Below, piece after piece: positions 56,470 to 64,000 of a DNA stretch of 64,000 nucleotides. The first letter of the stretch is position 1. Every line of letters begins with the position of its first letter. The DNA comes from an uncultured virus (IMG/VR IMGVR_UViG_3300030099_006113) (Duplodnaviria > Heunggongvirae > Uroviricota > Caudoviricetes), in the IMG/VR virus record IMGVR_UViG_3300030099_006113, positions 1 through 64,000 of that record. One strand, given 5' to 3'. The position numbers and the translations under genes were made by a program. The notes under the pieces were generated by a model. That model saw nothing but the letters and a program-made list of their open reading frames with translations, was not told the DNA's origin and did no database searches.

Positions 56470-57102
56470 ATGTCATTGACTCAAAAGTTACTAGCTAAGC
56501 ACGGCGCTAAGATGTCCAACAAAGCACTGTCCGCTGCAACAACTGGCCAGCACAAGCCAGCGCCTCTTGACCAGTCTCGCCTGTCCATTGCCTTCGAATT
56601 CATTGAGGTGGTAGCCACCATCCAGGTGATGTTTGAGCGTCAAATGGCTCCCGCAGGGTCAGGTGAAGCCTGCAAGGAAGCATGGAAGGAAATCAAGCAG
56701 GCTCTTCGCAAGCCTAGCGGTGAACACGGCCGCTTTTGGCGCGAGATACACACAGCCTGCGACGCGCACGGCGTCGACTGGTTCGCAGACGGCGGCGCTG
56801 ACGCTAAGCTGGCTGCGGTCCACTCCATCCGGGTATCACGCGGAGACGTTACGGAAGACGGTCGTGAGGCTCCGACCCCGGACATGGCGGACTTGCCCCA
56901 GGATCCCGAGCCGCGATGGATTGACTGTCCGGCACCGGACGTCACCGACGCCGTGCACGAGGACTACGACGAGGTCCAGGCTAACCGACTCAGCGAGGTC
57001 GGGGCGCACTTCGCCGCAGTTGCGGAGGATGTCGCGTCGTACGGACGCATGTGCAACGGGGTCTGGGTGATGGATCACCTGGACACCGACCCGCTCCTCT
57101 AA
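56470..57102 (+). CDS. First early gene of phage B, hypothetical, GC-rich
   Basis: A-rich leader with AAGGA; followed by a terminator. Confidence 0.7.
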   Translation: MSLTQKLLAKHGAKMSNKALSAATTGQHKPAPLDQSRLSIAFEFIEVVATIQVMFERQMAPAGSGEACKEAWKEIKQALRKPSGEHGRFWREIHTACDAHGVDWFADGGADAKLAAVHSIRVSRGDVTEDGREAPTPDMADLPQDPEPRWIDCPAPDVTDAVHEDYDEVQANRLSEVGAHFAAVAEDVASYGRMCNGVWVMDHLDTDPLL

Positions 57103-57110
57103 GCTTCTTC

Positions 57111-57158
57111 CAACATCCCCTGGCCCGCTATCGCGGGTTCGGGGGTTCCTTTTTTTAT
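57111..57158 (+). terminator. Intrinsic terminator
   Basis: CCCC-TGGCCCGC-TATC-GCGGGTTC-GGGG then TTTTTTT. Confidence 0.7.
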
Positions 57159-57359
57159 GTTCGCTCCTCTAAAAGAAAATAAAAAAAAGGAAATAAACAA
57201 AACGAACTAAAGCTCTTCGAGTTTTCGAAATAAAAAAAAGAAAACAAAAAAAACGAATTGCGTAAGTTCCTTCATCGCTCGCTGCCCTCGCTGGGGAGCA
57301 TTGGGGTCGTCGTGCGCTAAAACCTCTCATAGCGAAAAATCTTTACAGAAAGTAAATCC

Positions 57360-57725
57360 ATGAAAAGAAACGGCTCAATCAAGAACGCAGGAAGAGTCAG
57401 CAAGTGGCTCTACCAAGAGTTCAAGTCTCTCTATGAGGAAACGATTAACAGCTTAGTCCACGAAGCAAGGCGAAGCAGGTTTGTAGCTGACCGTTTGGTT
57501 GAGCGTGGATTTGCTGAAATAACAACAGATCACCCCTCTTCGCCAACAGTCAAAATAACCAACGAAGGCGTCAGGTACTGCATTACCAACTACGGTATAA
57601 AAGACTGCCCTTGCAGTCAGTGCCTGGACGTAAAAAACCTAAGCGGAGACCTGAACGTTGTTGGCTCGTTCTGGGACTGGGGAGTCATCGATGACTTCGG
57701 AGAAGTTTACCTCCGTAAAAAATGA
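57360..57725 (+). CDS. Hypothetical winged-helix-like protein with CPCSQC
   Basis: RLVERGFAE...KITNEGV pattern. Confidence 0.55.
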   Translation: MKRNGSIKNAGRVSKWLYQEFKSLYEETINSLVHEARRSRFVADRLVERGFAEITTDHPSSPTVKITNEGVRYCITNYGIKDCPCSQCLDVKNLSGDLNVVGSFWDWGVIDDFGEVYLRKK

Positions 57726-57998
57726 AAGGATAGAAAAATGAACGATTATTACAAGAAGATGGGTTGGAACCAGAAACAAATCGAACAGCACATATCCATG
57801 ATGAGCTCAATGCACAGCCATCAACTAGTCAGTGTTGTACCTCAGAAAGAACAAATAAATGAAAAAGAAAGGAGCAAGGAATTTAATGGATAAATTAAAT
57901 CCCAAAAATATGTTTAAAGAAAATCTGCTAAAAAGGTTTCTAAAAATTATCTTGATGTAGTATCCTAAAAACAACTTGAAGCAAAGAAGGAGGCGATT

Positions 57999-58259
57999 AT
58001 GCCTGAAGCAAACAAAGAAACTCTTAGAACTTCCTACCCAACCCATGATGTTTTTTCACTGGTGGACCATGCCACTGGCACAAAATGGATTAACATTGGG
58101 GTTGCCTTTACGAACCGAGATAGCTCGTTGAACATCGTCCTTGATGTCCTGCCGATGCCCGGGAGTAGGGTAAACGTTCGCAAGAAAGAACCTCGCTACA
58201 AAAACCCACCCCTCAAGGAACAAGCAGTTTCTTGCTCTGAAGATAGCGTTTTCTTCTAA
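57999..58259 (+). CDS. Small conserved beta-protein (possible ssDNA-binding)
   Basis: WINIGVAFTNRDSSLNIVLDVLP; SD AGGAGG. Confidence 0.6.
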   Translation: MPEANKETLRTSYPTHDVFSLVDHATGTKWINIGVAFTNRDSSLNIVLDVLPMPGSRVNVRKKEPRYKNPPLKEQAVSCSEDSVFF

Positions 58260-58304
58260 CGGTTGAAACACTGAGCAACAGGCGACAGCCTGCAGCAACC
58301 ATTC

Positions 58305-58339
58305 AACTGGGGCCCAGCAGACGCGGGCCCTAGTTTTTT
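58305..58339 (+). terminator. Intrinsic terminator
   Basis: AACTGGGGCCC...GGGCCCTAGTT then TTTT. Confidence 0.6.
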
Positions 58340-58520
58340 ATCTATGAGGAGTTGGGAGCAATGGAAGACAGTGAAGATCAGTCAAAAGCTTATGACAAAG
58401 CCTGTCTCTATCATGATCTATGCGTGGCCATTGAGCGTTTGATGCTTGTTCACGGAGTCTCACATTGGGACTTACGTAAAGTAATTGACCTTGAGATGAT
58501 GAAAGCTGAGGGAGTCACAG

Positions 58521-58766
58521 ATGGCTAAAGAAAGAGACTATATGCTGACATGGCAGCGCAATATGTCTTACGAAAAAAGCAGGCCACCTGAAGACCCAAA
58601 GGAAAAACAAGAAAGAATTGACTACTACAAATCCCGCATCGACAAAACTAAGTGTTGGGTTTGTCGCAAAAAACTAAACAGCCAAGAAGCACAAAACACT
58701 TACAGGGAGACTCCTTACTGCAAGGAGCATCACCCCAGGACATGGCAGATAAAATGGGAGCAATGA
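58521..58766 (+). CDS. Small zinc-finger protein
   Basis: CWVC...YCKEHH. Confidence 0.6.
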   Translation: MAKERDYMLTWQRNMSYEKSRPPEDPKEKQERIDYYKSRIDKTKCWVCRKKLNSQEAQNTYRETPYCKEHHPRTWQIKWEQ

Positions 58767-58859
58767 AAAACATCTTAATAAAGATGCAGCAAGGAGAGTT
58801 ACTTACTGTTCACGAGCGAGCGGTAGTAAATCAAGCCTACTTTACACCTTCAAACAGCG

Positions 58860-59231
58860 ATGAGGAAAAGAATGATAACTGTGTCGAAGAAAGTACCAGC
58901 GAAGCTGACTGATTTAACTTTGGAAATAACAGCAGGTGGCATGAAAGATATTGTTGCGGTTCATATCGAACGAGCAGCAAGAATCATAAGATGTAAAAAA
59001 GATGCGATGGCTCAAGTAGATCCATCTAAAATAGAAAGTTATCCGGTCGAAGTATTTAATGCTGTCAAAGATCTTAAAAACTTTTTCACCGTAATCCTTG
59101 ATGACGGCCTTTATAAGGCACCCGTCTTTGATGAGGAAGAGCTCTACTTGGCATTTCTGCTTTGTGGACATCTAGAACGCAGTCAGTTTGACTGGCTGCG
59201 CAAATTAGCCGCAGACCAAAACATGAACTGA
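58860..59231 (+). CDS. Hypothetical protein
   Basis: ORF in the early operon. Confidence 0.55.
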   Translation: MRKRMITVSKKVPAKLTDLTLEITAGGMKDIVAVHIERAARIIRCKKDAMAQVDPSKIESYPVEVFNAVKDLKNFFTVILDDGLYKAPVFDEEELYLAFLLCGHLERSQFDWLRKLAADQNMN

Positions 59232-59244
59232 AGCGAGGAAAGAA

Positions 59245-60063
59245 ATGAGTAAGAAGGTACAAGAAATTGTAACGAGCAAGATTATTGAGGCTCTTGAAGC
59301 GGGAGTGGCTCCATGGAGAAAGACATGGAAAACGGCAAGATCCAAGAACCTGATTAGCGGTCGTCCATATTCAGGTGCCAATGCCCTGCTTACTCATCCG
59401 ATGGTTACAGGATTCAAGGAGCCATCCTTTGTAACCAAGAATCAAATCAAACAAATGGGCATGAAGGTTAAAGAGGGTGAGAGATACATTCCTATTATTT
59501 TTTATGGAACTGGTAAAAACAAAGAGACGGAAAAATCATTCCGTTTTCAAAGATTTTATCCTGTTTATAACGTTGAACAAATTGAAGGATTTGAGATCTC
59601 AGAACAGAAAGAAAACAGAGAAGAATGCATCAACAAGAATGCTGAAGAAATAATTGCAGAATGGGCAGGTAAACTACCAATTAGGTATGGCAATCATAAC
59701 CCATGCTACTCTCCAATGGTTGATACAATCTTTATGCCTGAAATAAAATCCTTTGAATCAGATGCTGAGTATTACAGCACAATATTCCATGAGTTATCTC
59801 ATGCGACTGGTCATGGATCTAGGCTTAACCGCGAAAGCGTTGCCTCACTAAAGAGGGACTCTCACAAGTATTCTGAAGAGGAACTTGTAGCAGAGTTAGG
59901 TAGTGCATTCCTCTGCCATTACACAGGCGTTGAAGGCGTATTCGACAACCAAGCGAGCTACTGTCAGAACTGGCTTTATGCCCTTAAGAATGACCGTAGC
60001 ATTATCCTGCGAGCCGCAAGGCAAGCAGATAAATCTTTTAAACTAATAATTGGAGAATCTTAA
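59245..60063 (+). CDS. ardC: ArdC-like antirestriction protein (ssDNA-binding plus zincin-like domain)
   Basis: GVAPWRKTW, YSGAN, VYNVEQ, HELSHATGH, EELVAELGSAFL. Confidence 0.85.
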   Translation: MSKKVQEIVTSKIIEALEAGVAPWRKTWKTARSKNLISGRPYSGANALLTHPMVTGFKEPSFVTKNQIKQMGMKVKEGERYIPIIFYGTGKNKETEKSFRFQRFYPVYNVEQIEGFEISEQKENREECINKNAEEIIAEWAGKLPIRYGNHNPCYSPMVDTIFMPEIKSFESDAEYYSTIFHELSHATGHGSRLNRESVASLKRDSHKYSEEELVAELGSAFLCHYTGVEGVFDNQASYCQNWLYALKNDRSIILRAARQADKSFKLIIGES

Positions 60064-60334
60064 AATGGAAATTTCAACATGTCGTGTATGTGATGATGTT
60101 CTTGTCAAAGAAGACTACGAATGGATTGGGACATATACAACAATATGCAGAAACTGTTGGCATAAACCAGTACTTGAAATGGAGCAGCAAATTAAACACT
60201 TAAAGCTACGCCTTTCTGAGGCAAGAAAAGACTTAAAAGAAGCAGAGAAAGAAAAAAGAAATGAGCGCAAAAAAGCAAGGAAAAAGCCAGTCCACAAGGA
60301 CAAACAAAAGCAACCAATCTTACAGCGGGTTTGA
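60050..60334 (+). CDS. Zinc-ribbon plus coiled-coil protein
   Basis: CRVC...CRNC. Confidence 0.55.
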   Translation: MENLKMEISTCRVCDDVLVKEDYEWIGTYTTICRNCWHKPVLEMEQQIKHLKLRLSEARKDLKEAEKEKRNERKKARKKPVHKDKQKQPILQRV

Positions 60335-60621
60335 TGGATTCAGATGGGCTGAGCCATCACCAGAGGAGTTTTACCATGTCGGTCCAGGACCTCTACACAT
60401 TTCTCCGGAACTATCAGAGCGCCCTAGCCTTGCTGGTGGGATCACAGCAGGAGAACAAGTTCACAAAGAACATAGACGAGGTGTGCAAAGTGTTAAGCGC
60501 ATTGATGGTTCTTTACGGAAAACACACAAGCACAATGGAAGTGATAGACAAGCTTCATGACGATGCTCATGAGTTGTATTGTTCTAACTCTCAAGAACTT
60601 GATTACAGGGAAAGCACATGA
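60331..60621 (+). CDS. Hypothetical protein
   Basis: Operon packing; ATGA overlap with the next gene. Confidence 0.5.
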   Translation: MMDSDGLSHHQRSFTMSVQDLYTFLRNYQSALALLVGSQQENKFTKNIDEVCKVLSALMVLYGKHTSTMEVIDKLHDDAHELYCSNSQELDYREST

Positions 60622-61364
60622 GTAGATTTGAAATTAATTTACCAGATGAAAAGCTCCGCATAAAGCCACCTAGGTCAATCTATTACGGGCCACCCAAGAT
60701 TGGTAAGTCTACATTTGCCAGCAAGTTTCCATCTCCCATTTTTATTCAAGCAGAAGATGGTGTGTCTGGCCTAAATGTTTCCAAGATACCAAGGACTCCT
60801 TTGGTTTCGTGGGATGAGCTCATGAAATGCTGTGATCAAGTACTTAAATCACCCCATGAAATGAAAACCTTGGTTGTAGATACTATCGACCGAGTTGAGC
60901 ACTTATCTCGCCAGTGGGTTCTTAAGCATACATATTCAAATAACAAAAAAGACTTTATGGCTTACTTCAAAGGACCAGTTGAAGCAGGTCAGAAGATATC
61001 CGAGCTACTCGCTTGTCTTGATCAGATCAGAGATGAGCGAGGAATGAATATCATTGTTCTTAGTCATGAAGGTCTGCACAAAGGGGCTGATGAGCTTGGC
61101 GAAGAGTTCAAGAAAACGGCCCCATCTGTTTCTCGCTATGCATGGGAGCAGCTACACAACTGGGCAGATCAAATAGGCCACATCACGAATGACTTCAGAG
61201 TTGTTCAAGGTAAGGCACGTCAGGCCAACAAAGGCAGACACATTGTATTTTCGGGTCACCCAGGCAAAGAGGCCGGTACTCGAGCTGGCTATGAAATGCC
61301 AAAAGAAATCAAACTAAACTTTGAGGAATATCTCAAACACACAAAGGAGTACCTTGCATGCTAG
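60618..61364 (+). CDS. Sak4-like AAA_24 ATPase (phage B)
   Basis: YGPPKIGKST, AEDG, VVDTID, LSH. Confidence 0.85.
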   Translation: MSRFEINLPDEKLRIKPPRSIYYGPPKIGKSTFASKFPSPIFIQAEDGVSGLNVSKIPRTPLVSWDELMKCCDQVLKSPHEMKTLVVDTIDRVEHLSRQWVLKHTYSNNKKDFMAYFKGPVEAGQKISELLACLDQIRDERGMNIIVLSHEGLHKGADELGEEFKKTAPSVSRYAWEQLHNWADQIGHITNDFRVVQGKARQANKGRHIVFSGHPGKEAGTRAGYEMPKEIKLNFEEYLKHTKEYLAC

Positions 61365-61846
61365 TACAACCACCAGAAGGTATGTCAAAAGCAAAACAAA
61401 TGAACACCCGTTTTCAGCCTGGAGTTTACCTTTACGAGGTACAGCAGGCAGATCTTGAGTGGGATATTAACGGTGATAACACTTGGCATGAAGACAGCAC
61501 TATTGAGGACAGCTCAATGAAAGAAGGTGCTCGTCGCCGAGTTGTTCTTACTATCTCCCTTTCTAATCCAGATAATACTGAACCATTCACAAATAAGGTT
61601 TGGTGTTATTTTGAATCTCATAACCGATGGAAGCATGATTCTTTATGCTCCTCGCAGGGCAAAGACCCTGATGAGCCAATGCAGTACAAGGATGAATTTG
61701 GGGACATTGTTCTTGAGCATGGCCTTGTAAGCATGAAGAAAGATGGATCTTATCTTGACGTTCAACGATTTATCAAGAAAGACCAGGAAGCTATTGATGC
61801 AATGGTAGAGTCAATCGAGGAAGCTAGACAAACAATCCCATTCTGA
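61358..61846 (+). CDS. Putative SSB (phage B)
   Basis: Follows Sak4; ends in IPF. Confidence 0.6.
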   Translation: MLVQPPEGMSKAKQMNTRFQPGVYLYEVQQADLEWDINGDNTWHEDSTIEDSSMKEGARRRVVLTISLSNPDNTEPFTNKVWCYFESHNRWKHDSLCSSQGKDPDEPMQYKDEFGDIVLEHGLVSMKKDGSYLDVQRFIKKDQEAIDAMVESIEEARQTIPF

Positions 61847-61854
61847 GGTGAGCA

Positions 61855-62295
61855 ATGGTAAGAATCACAAAGTCTCAAATTGATAAGCTAAGAAAAGGCG
61901 TGCAGATGATCATTGATATTCTTGATGAGCTAGATGCTATGCCTGCAAAGAATCGCTTTCGACAAGATGCTTTTGAGGTTCTTTCCTACTATCAAAAAGT
62001 TCACCCCAGGAAGGGCCGTAACGTTGTTGCTGGTCACCCATCATTCAAGCTCATCATTGCAAGACTAAAAGACGGGTTCTCTGTCTCGGAATTGAACAAA
62101 GCAATTGATGGCAACTTGAAAGATGAGTGGCACAGCAGCAACCCTGGCGGCCATGGTCTTACCTACGTATTTAGAAACCAAGAAAAAGTAGAACGATTCA
62201 TTGAAGTAGCGGGTGGTAAAACACCAAACAAAAAAGGAAACCATGCAGGCAGCAAGGAGTTTAAGCATGGCAAGCAAAGACTTGACTTCGATTAG
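61855..62295 (+). CDS. Replication-initiator-like protein (conserved phage C-terminal domain)
   Basis: IIARLKDGFSVSELNKAID...W...LTYVFR; directly upstream of the DnaC-like gene. Confidence 0.6.
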   Translation: MVRITKSQIDKLRKGVQMIIDILDELDAMPAKNRFRQDAFEVLSYYQKVHPRKGRNVVAGHPSFKLIIARLKDGFSVSELNKAIDGNLKDEWHSSNPGGHGLTYVFRNQEKVERFIEVAGGKTPNKKGNHAGSKEFKHGKQRLDFD

Positions 62296-62980
62296 TGAGC
62301 AAGTGATGAGCGCCTATGAGCGTCTCAAGAACGATGGAAGAATTGAGATTGTAGATGAATCAAAGTTTGAAATGGATCTTGAAAGTGTTTCTAAGTTTGA
62401 CTTGCTTTCATCTCAGGGTTTACCAAAAAGACTTTTGAAGAATCTTCATTCATCTTTTCAGTCTACCTATGCAACTAAAAGTGTTGATGAGTTTCATGGA
62501 TCTGATGATAACGCCTGGTGTCTTGTTTTGTCTGGAGACAAAGGTTGCGGCAAAAGCACCGCAGCAGCTTATTGGCTGTACAGCATCCTAACCTACCCTC
62601 GAACAGAGTATGACAAAAGAAGAGTCACCACCAAGACTCGCCGATGGTACTCCTCTTCTCGTATACAAAGAATCTCTGATTACAAAGAGAATGGATCTGA
62701 GCTCGAGAAATTGTTTGTTGTCCCTCATCTGGTTATTGATGATCTTGGAGTGGAGTACCTTGATGCCAAAGGATACACCCAGAAGAGATTTGATGAGATC
62801 CTTGATGAGCGATACAGCAACTTTCGCAAGACCCTAATTACCACTAACCTGAATGCAAGAGACTTCAGGGATAGATATGGAACCCGGATCTTTGATAGAA
62901 TCAGGGAGGGACTTTCAAGCGGGGGAGCATTTGTCGAAATCGGAGAAAAATCTTACAGGGCAGAAAAGAATGGTAAGTGA
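62213..62980 (+). CDS. DnaC/IstB-like helicase loader ATPase
   Basis: GDKGCGKS, LVIDDLGVE, ERY, ITTNL, RIFDRI. Confidence 0.85.
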   Translation: MVKHQTKKETMQAARSLSMASKDLTSISEQVMSAYERLKNDGRIEIVDESKFEMDLESVSKFDLLSSQGLPKRLLKNLHSSFQSTYATKSVDEFHGSDDNAWCLVLSGDKGCGKSTAAAYWLYSILTYPRTEYDKRRVTTKTRRWYSSSRIQRISDYKENGSELEKLFVVPHLVIDDLGVEYLDAKGYTQKRFDEILDERYSNFRKTLITTNLNARDFRDRYGTRIFDRIREGLSSGGAFVEIGEKSYRAEKNGK

Positions 62981-63070
62981 GTTTAGACTGCCTGGAGATA
63001 AAACGTGGATGAAGGCCATATCCAAATGGCCAATGAGCAGGGAAGAACAGGAAGCGAGGCTAAGGAGAAC

Positions 63071-63466
63071 ATGGGGAAGCTCAGTAGAAATAAGGGTGCC
63101 AGGTTCGAAAGATTCGTTGCCAACAAACTCAAAAGAGTCTTCGGGGAAAACACCACAAGAAGCTCAGGCCAGTGCTTTAGTGGGGACACAAGGGCCGATG
63201 TCGACTGCCCAGAAATCTGGGTCGAGTGCAAAGTTGGCAAAAGGCCAAACATCAAAGCAGCGCTTGAACAAGCAGAAGAAGCTGCCGGAAGTTCCGGGTC
63301 AGAGAAAACTGCTGTAGCAATATGCAAATGGGATAGAGGGGAACCAATAGCCTCAATGAGATTGGATGATTTTATAGATATACTTTGTCGTGCTTACTTG
63401 GGGGGAAACAATGGAAGCATGGGAACTAGCATATGTGAACAAGAGGATGTCAATTCCAGTAGCTAA
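63071..63466 (+). CDS. Holliday-junction resolvase-like PD-(D/E)XK nuclease
   Basis: SRNKGARFER, ADVD, WVECK; SD AAGGAG. Confidence 0.75.
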   Translation: MGKLSRNKGARFERFVANKLKRVFGENTTRSSGQCFSGDTRADVDCPEIWVECKVGKRPNIKAALEQAEEAAGSSGSEKTAVAICKWDRGEPIASMRLDDFIDILCRAYLGGNNGSMGTSICEQEDVNSSS

Positions 63467-63719
63467 AGAAAAGCATTCTGGATGTAGCTCAATAACAATT
63501 ACCCAGTTTGGGAAAACAAAAGAAGAAGCTGAAGATAGATATATATCCACTGTAGACGAAACAAAGAGACTGTCTGAACCTTGTTATGAAAAAATAAGTA
63601 AAGGCTACTCTGTAAAGTGGAAAGAAAAAGCGTGTTTAGAACCAAAAACAACTTGGACATGGAAAAAATCAAGCAGAAGATATGAGCTATCTAAAAACAA
63701 AAACAAGCATGAGGAATAA
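63390..63719 (+). CDS. Hypothetical protein
   Basis: Syntenic with, and weakly similar to, 29512..29781. Confidence 0.5.
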   Translation: MLTWGETMEAWELAYVNKRMSIPVAKEKHSGCSSITITQFGKTKEEAEDRYISTVDETKRLSEPCYEKISKGYSVKWKEKACLEPKTTWTWKKSSRRYELSKNKNKHEE

Positions 63720-63722
63720 AAA

Positions 63723-64000
63723 ATGGAACAAGAAGAACAACAGGTACATCAATTACCACCAAGAAAGCCTAGTTACTCAGAGATTGCAATCATGTGGTGG
63801 TTCCACCCAATCAACGCTATTGTTTATCTTATTATTTTTACCACGGGCATTCTTACTACTGGGGCGTTTAGCTATGCCGTTGGTCTTGAGAGGGATGCAC
63901 TTCGTAATATCCTTGGTGAAGATCTGGCTATCTCACATAAAGAAGTTCTTTACAGGGGATTTGGTTATAGGATTGTTAGGGAAAGAGACACGCCAGGGCA
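63723..64000 (+). CDS. Conserved membrane protein, truncated by window end (not in ORF track)
   Basis: MEQEEQQ...MWWFHPINAIVYLIIFTTGILTTGAFSYAVGLERDAL...GYRIVRERDTPG; homolog of 29783..30292. Confidence 0.8.
   Translation, partial: MEQEEQQVHQLPPRKPSYSEIAIMWWFHPINAIVYLIIFTTGILTTGAFSYAVGLERDALRNILGEDLAISHKEVLYRGFGYRIVRERDTPG

Larger units (their letters stand above)
34802..64000. mobile_element. Phage B: related, more AT-rich podovirus-type genome, truncated at right edge
   Basis: Second complete structural module in the same gene order as phage A, with a different replication module. Confidence 0.85.

Noticed and set aside
62853..63317. 154-aa ORF overlapping the DnaC-like and resolvase genes
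   Set aside because: Alternative frame of two well-supported genes.
1..64000. Integrated prophage with host flanks, or alternative genetic code
   Set aside because: No integrase, att site or host housekeeping genes are seen. Long ORFs are intact in the standard code and end in all three stop codons.

Overview
This window holds two related, syntenic podovirus-type (short-tailed Caudoviricetes) genomes in tandem. Phage A spans about 1-34,724 and is GC-richer. Phage B spans about 34,800-64,000, is visibly more AT-rich and is truncated at the right edge. Each has its own minus-strand late arm: terS candidate, GNAT, terL, portal, scaffold, major capsid, adaptor, nozzle, ejection proteins and tail fibre. 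Each also has a non-coding control region and an early/replication arm, mostly on the plus strand (A: Prim-Pol/helicase, Sak4-like ATPase, SSB, exonuclease, SF2 helicase; B: ArdC, Sak4-like ATPase, initiator plus DnaC-like loader, resolvase). Positions 1-77 are identical to 34725-34801 inside the tail-fibre gene. Phage A therefore closes into a ~34.7 kb circle, and the A/B join may be an assembly chimera through a shared fibre segment. The most striking unexplained signals are four. (i) A dnaX-type A_AAA_AAG -1 frameshift would fuse a holin-like membrane protein to an unannotated four-beta-strand domain ending in an outer-membrane beta-signal (GLKWRF), a candidate new spanin-like lysis component. 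(ii) A ~750-nt structured element in phage B has six G-AGTA-C hairpins and three covarying internal-loop motifs. (iii) The phage A control region carries a consensus parS site and an array of operator-like palindromes. (iv) Covarying leader hairpins precede early genes and the tail-fibre operon. All family names come from motif recognition and synteny only; no searches were run.
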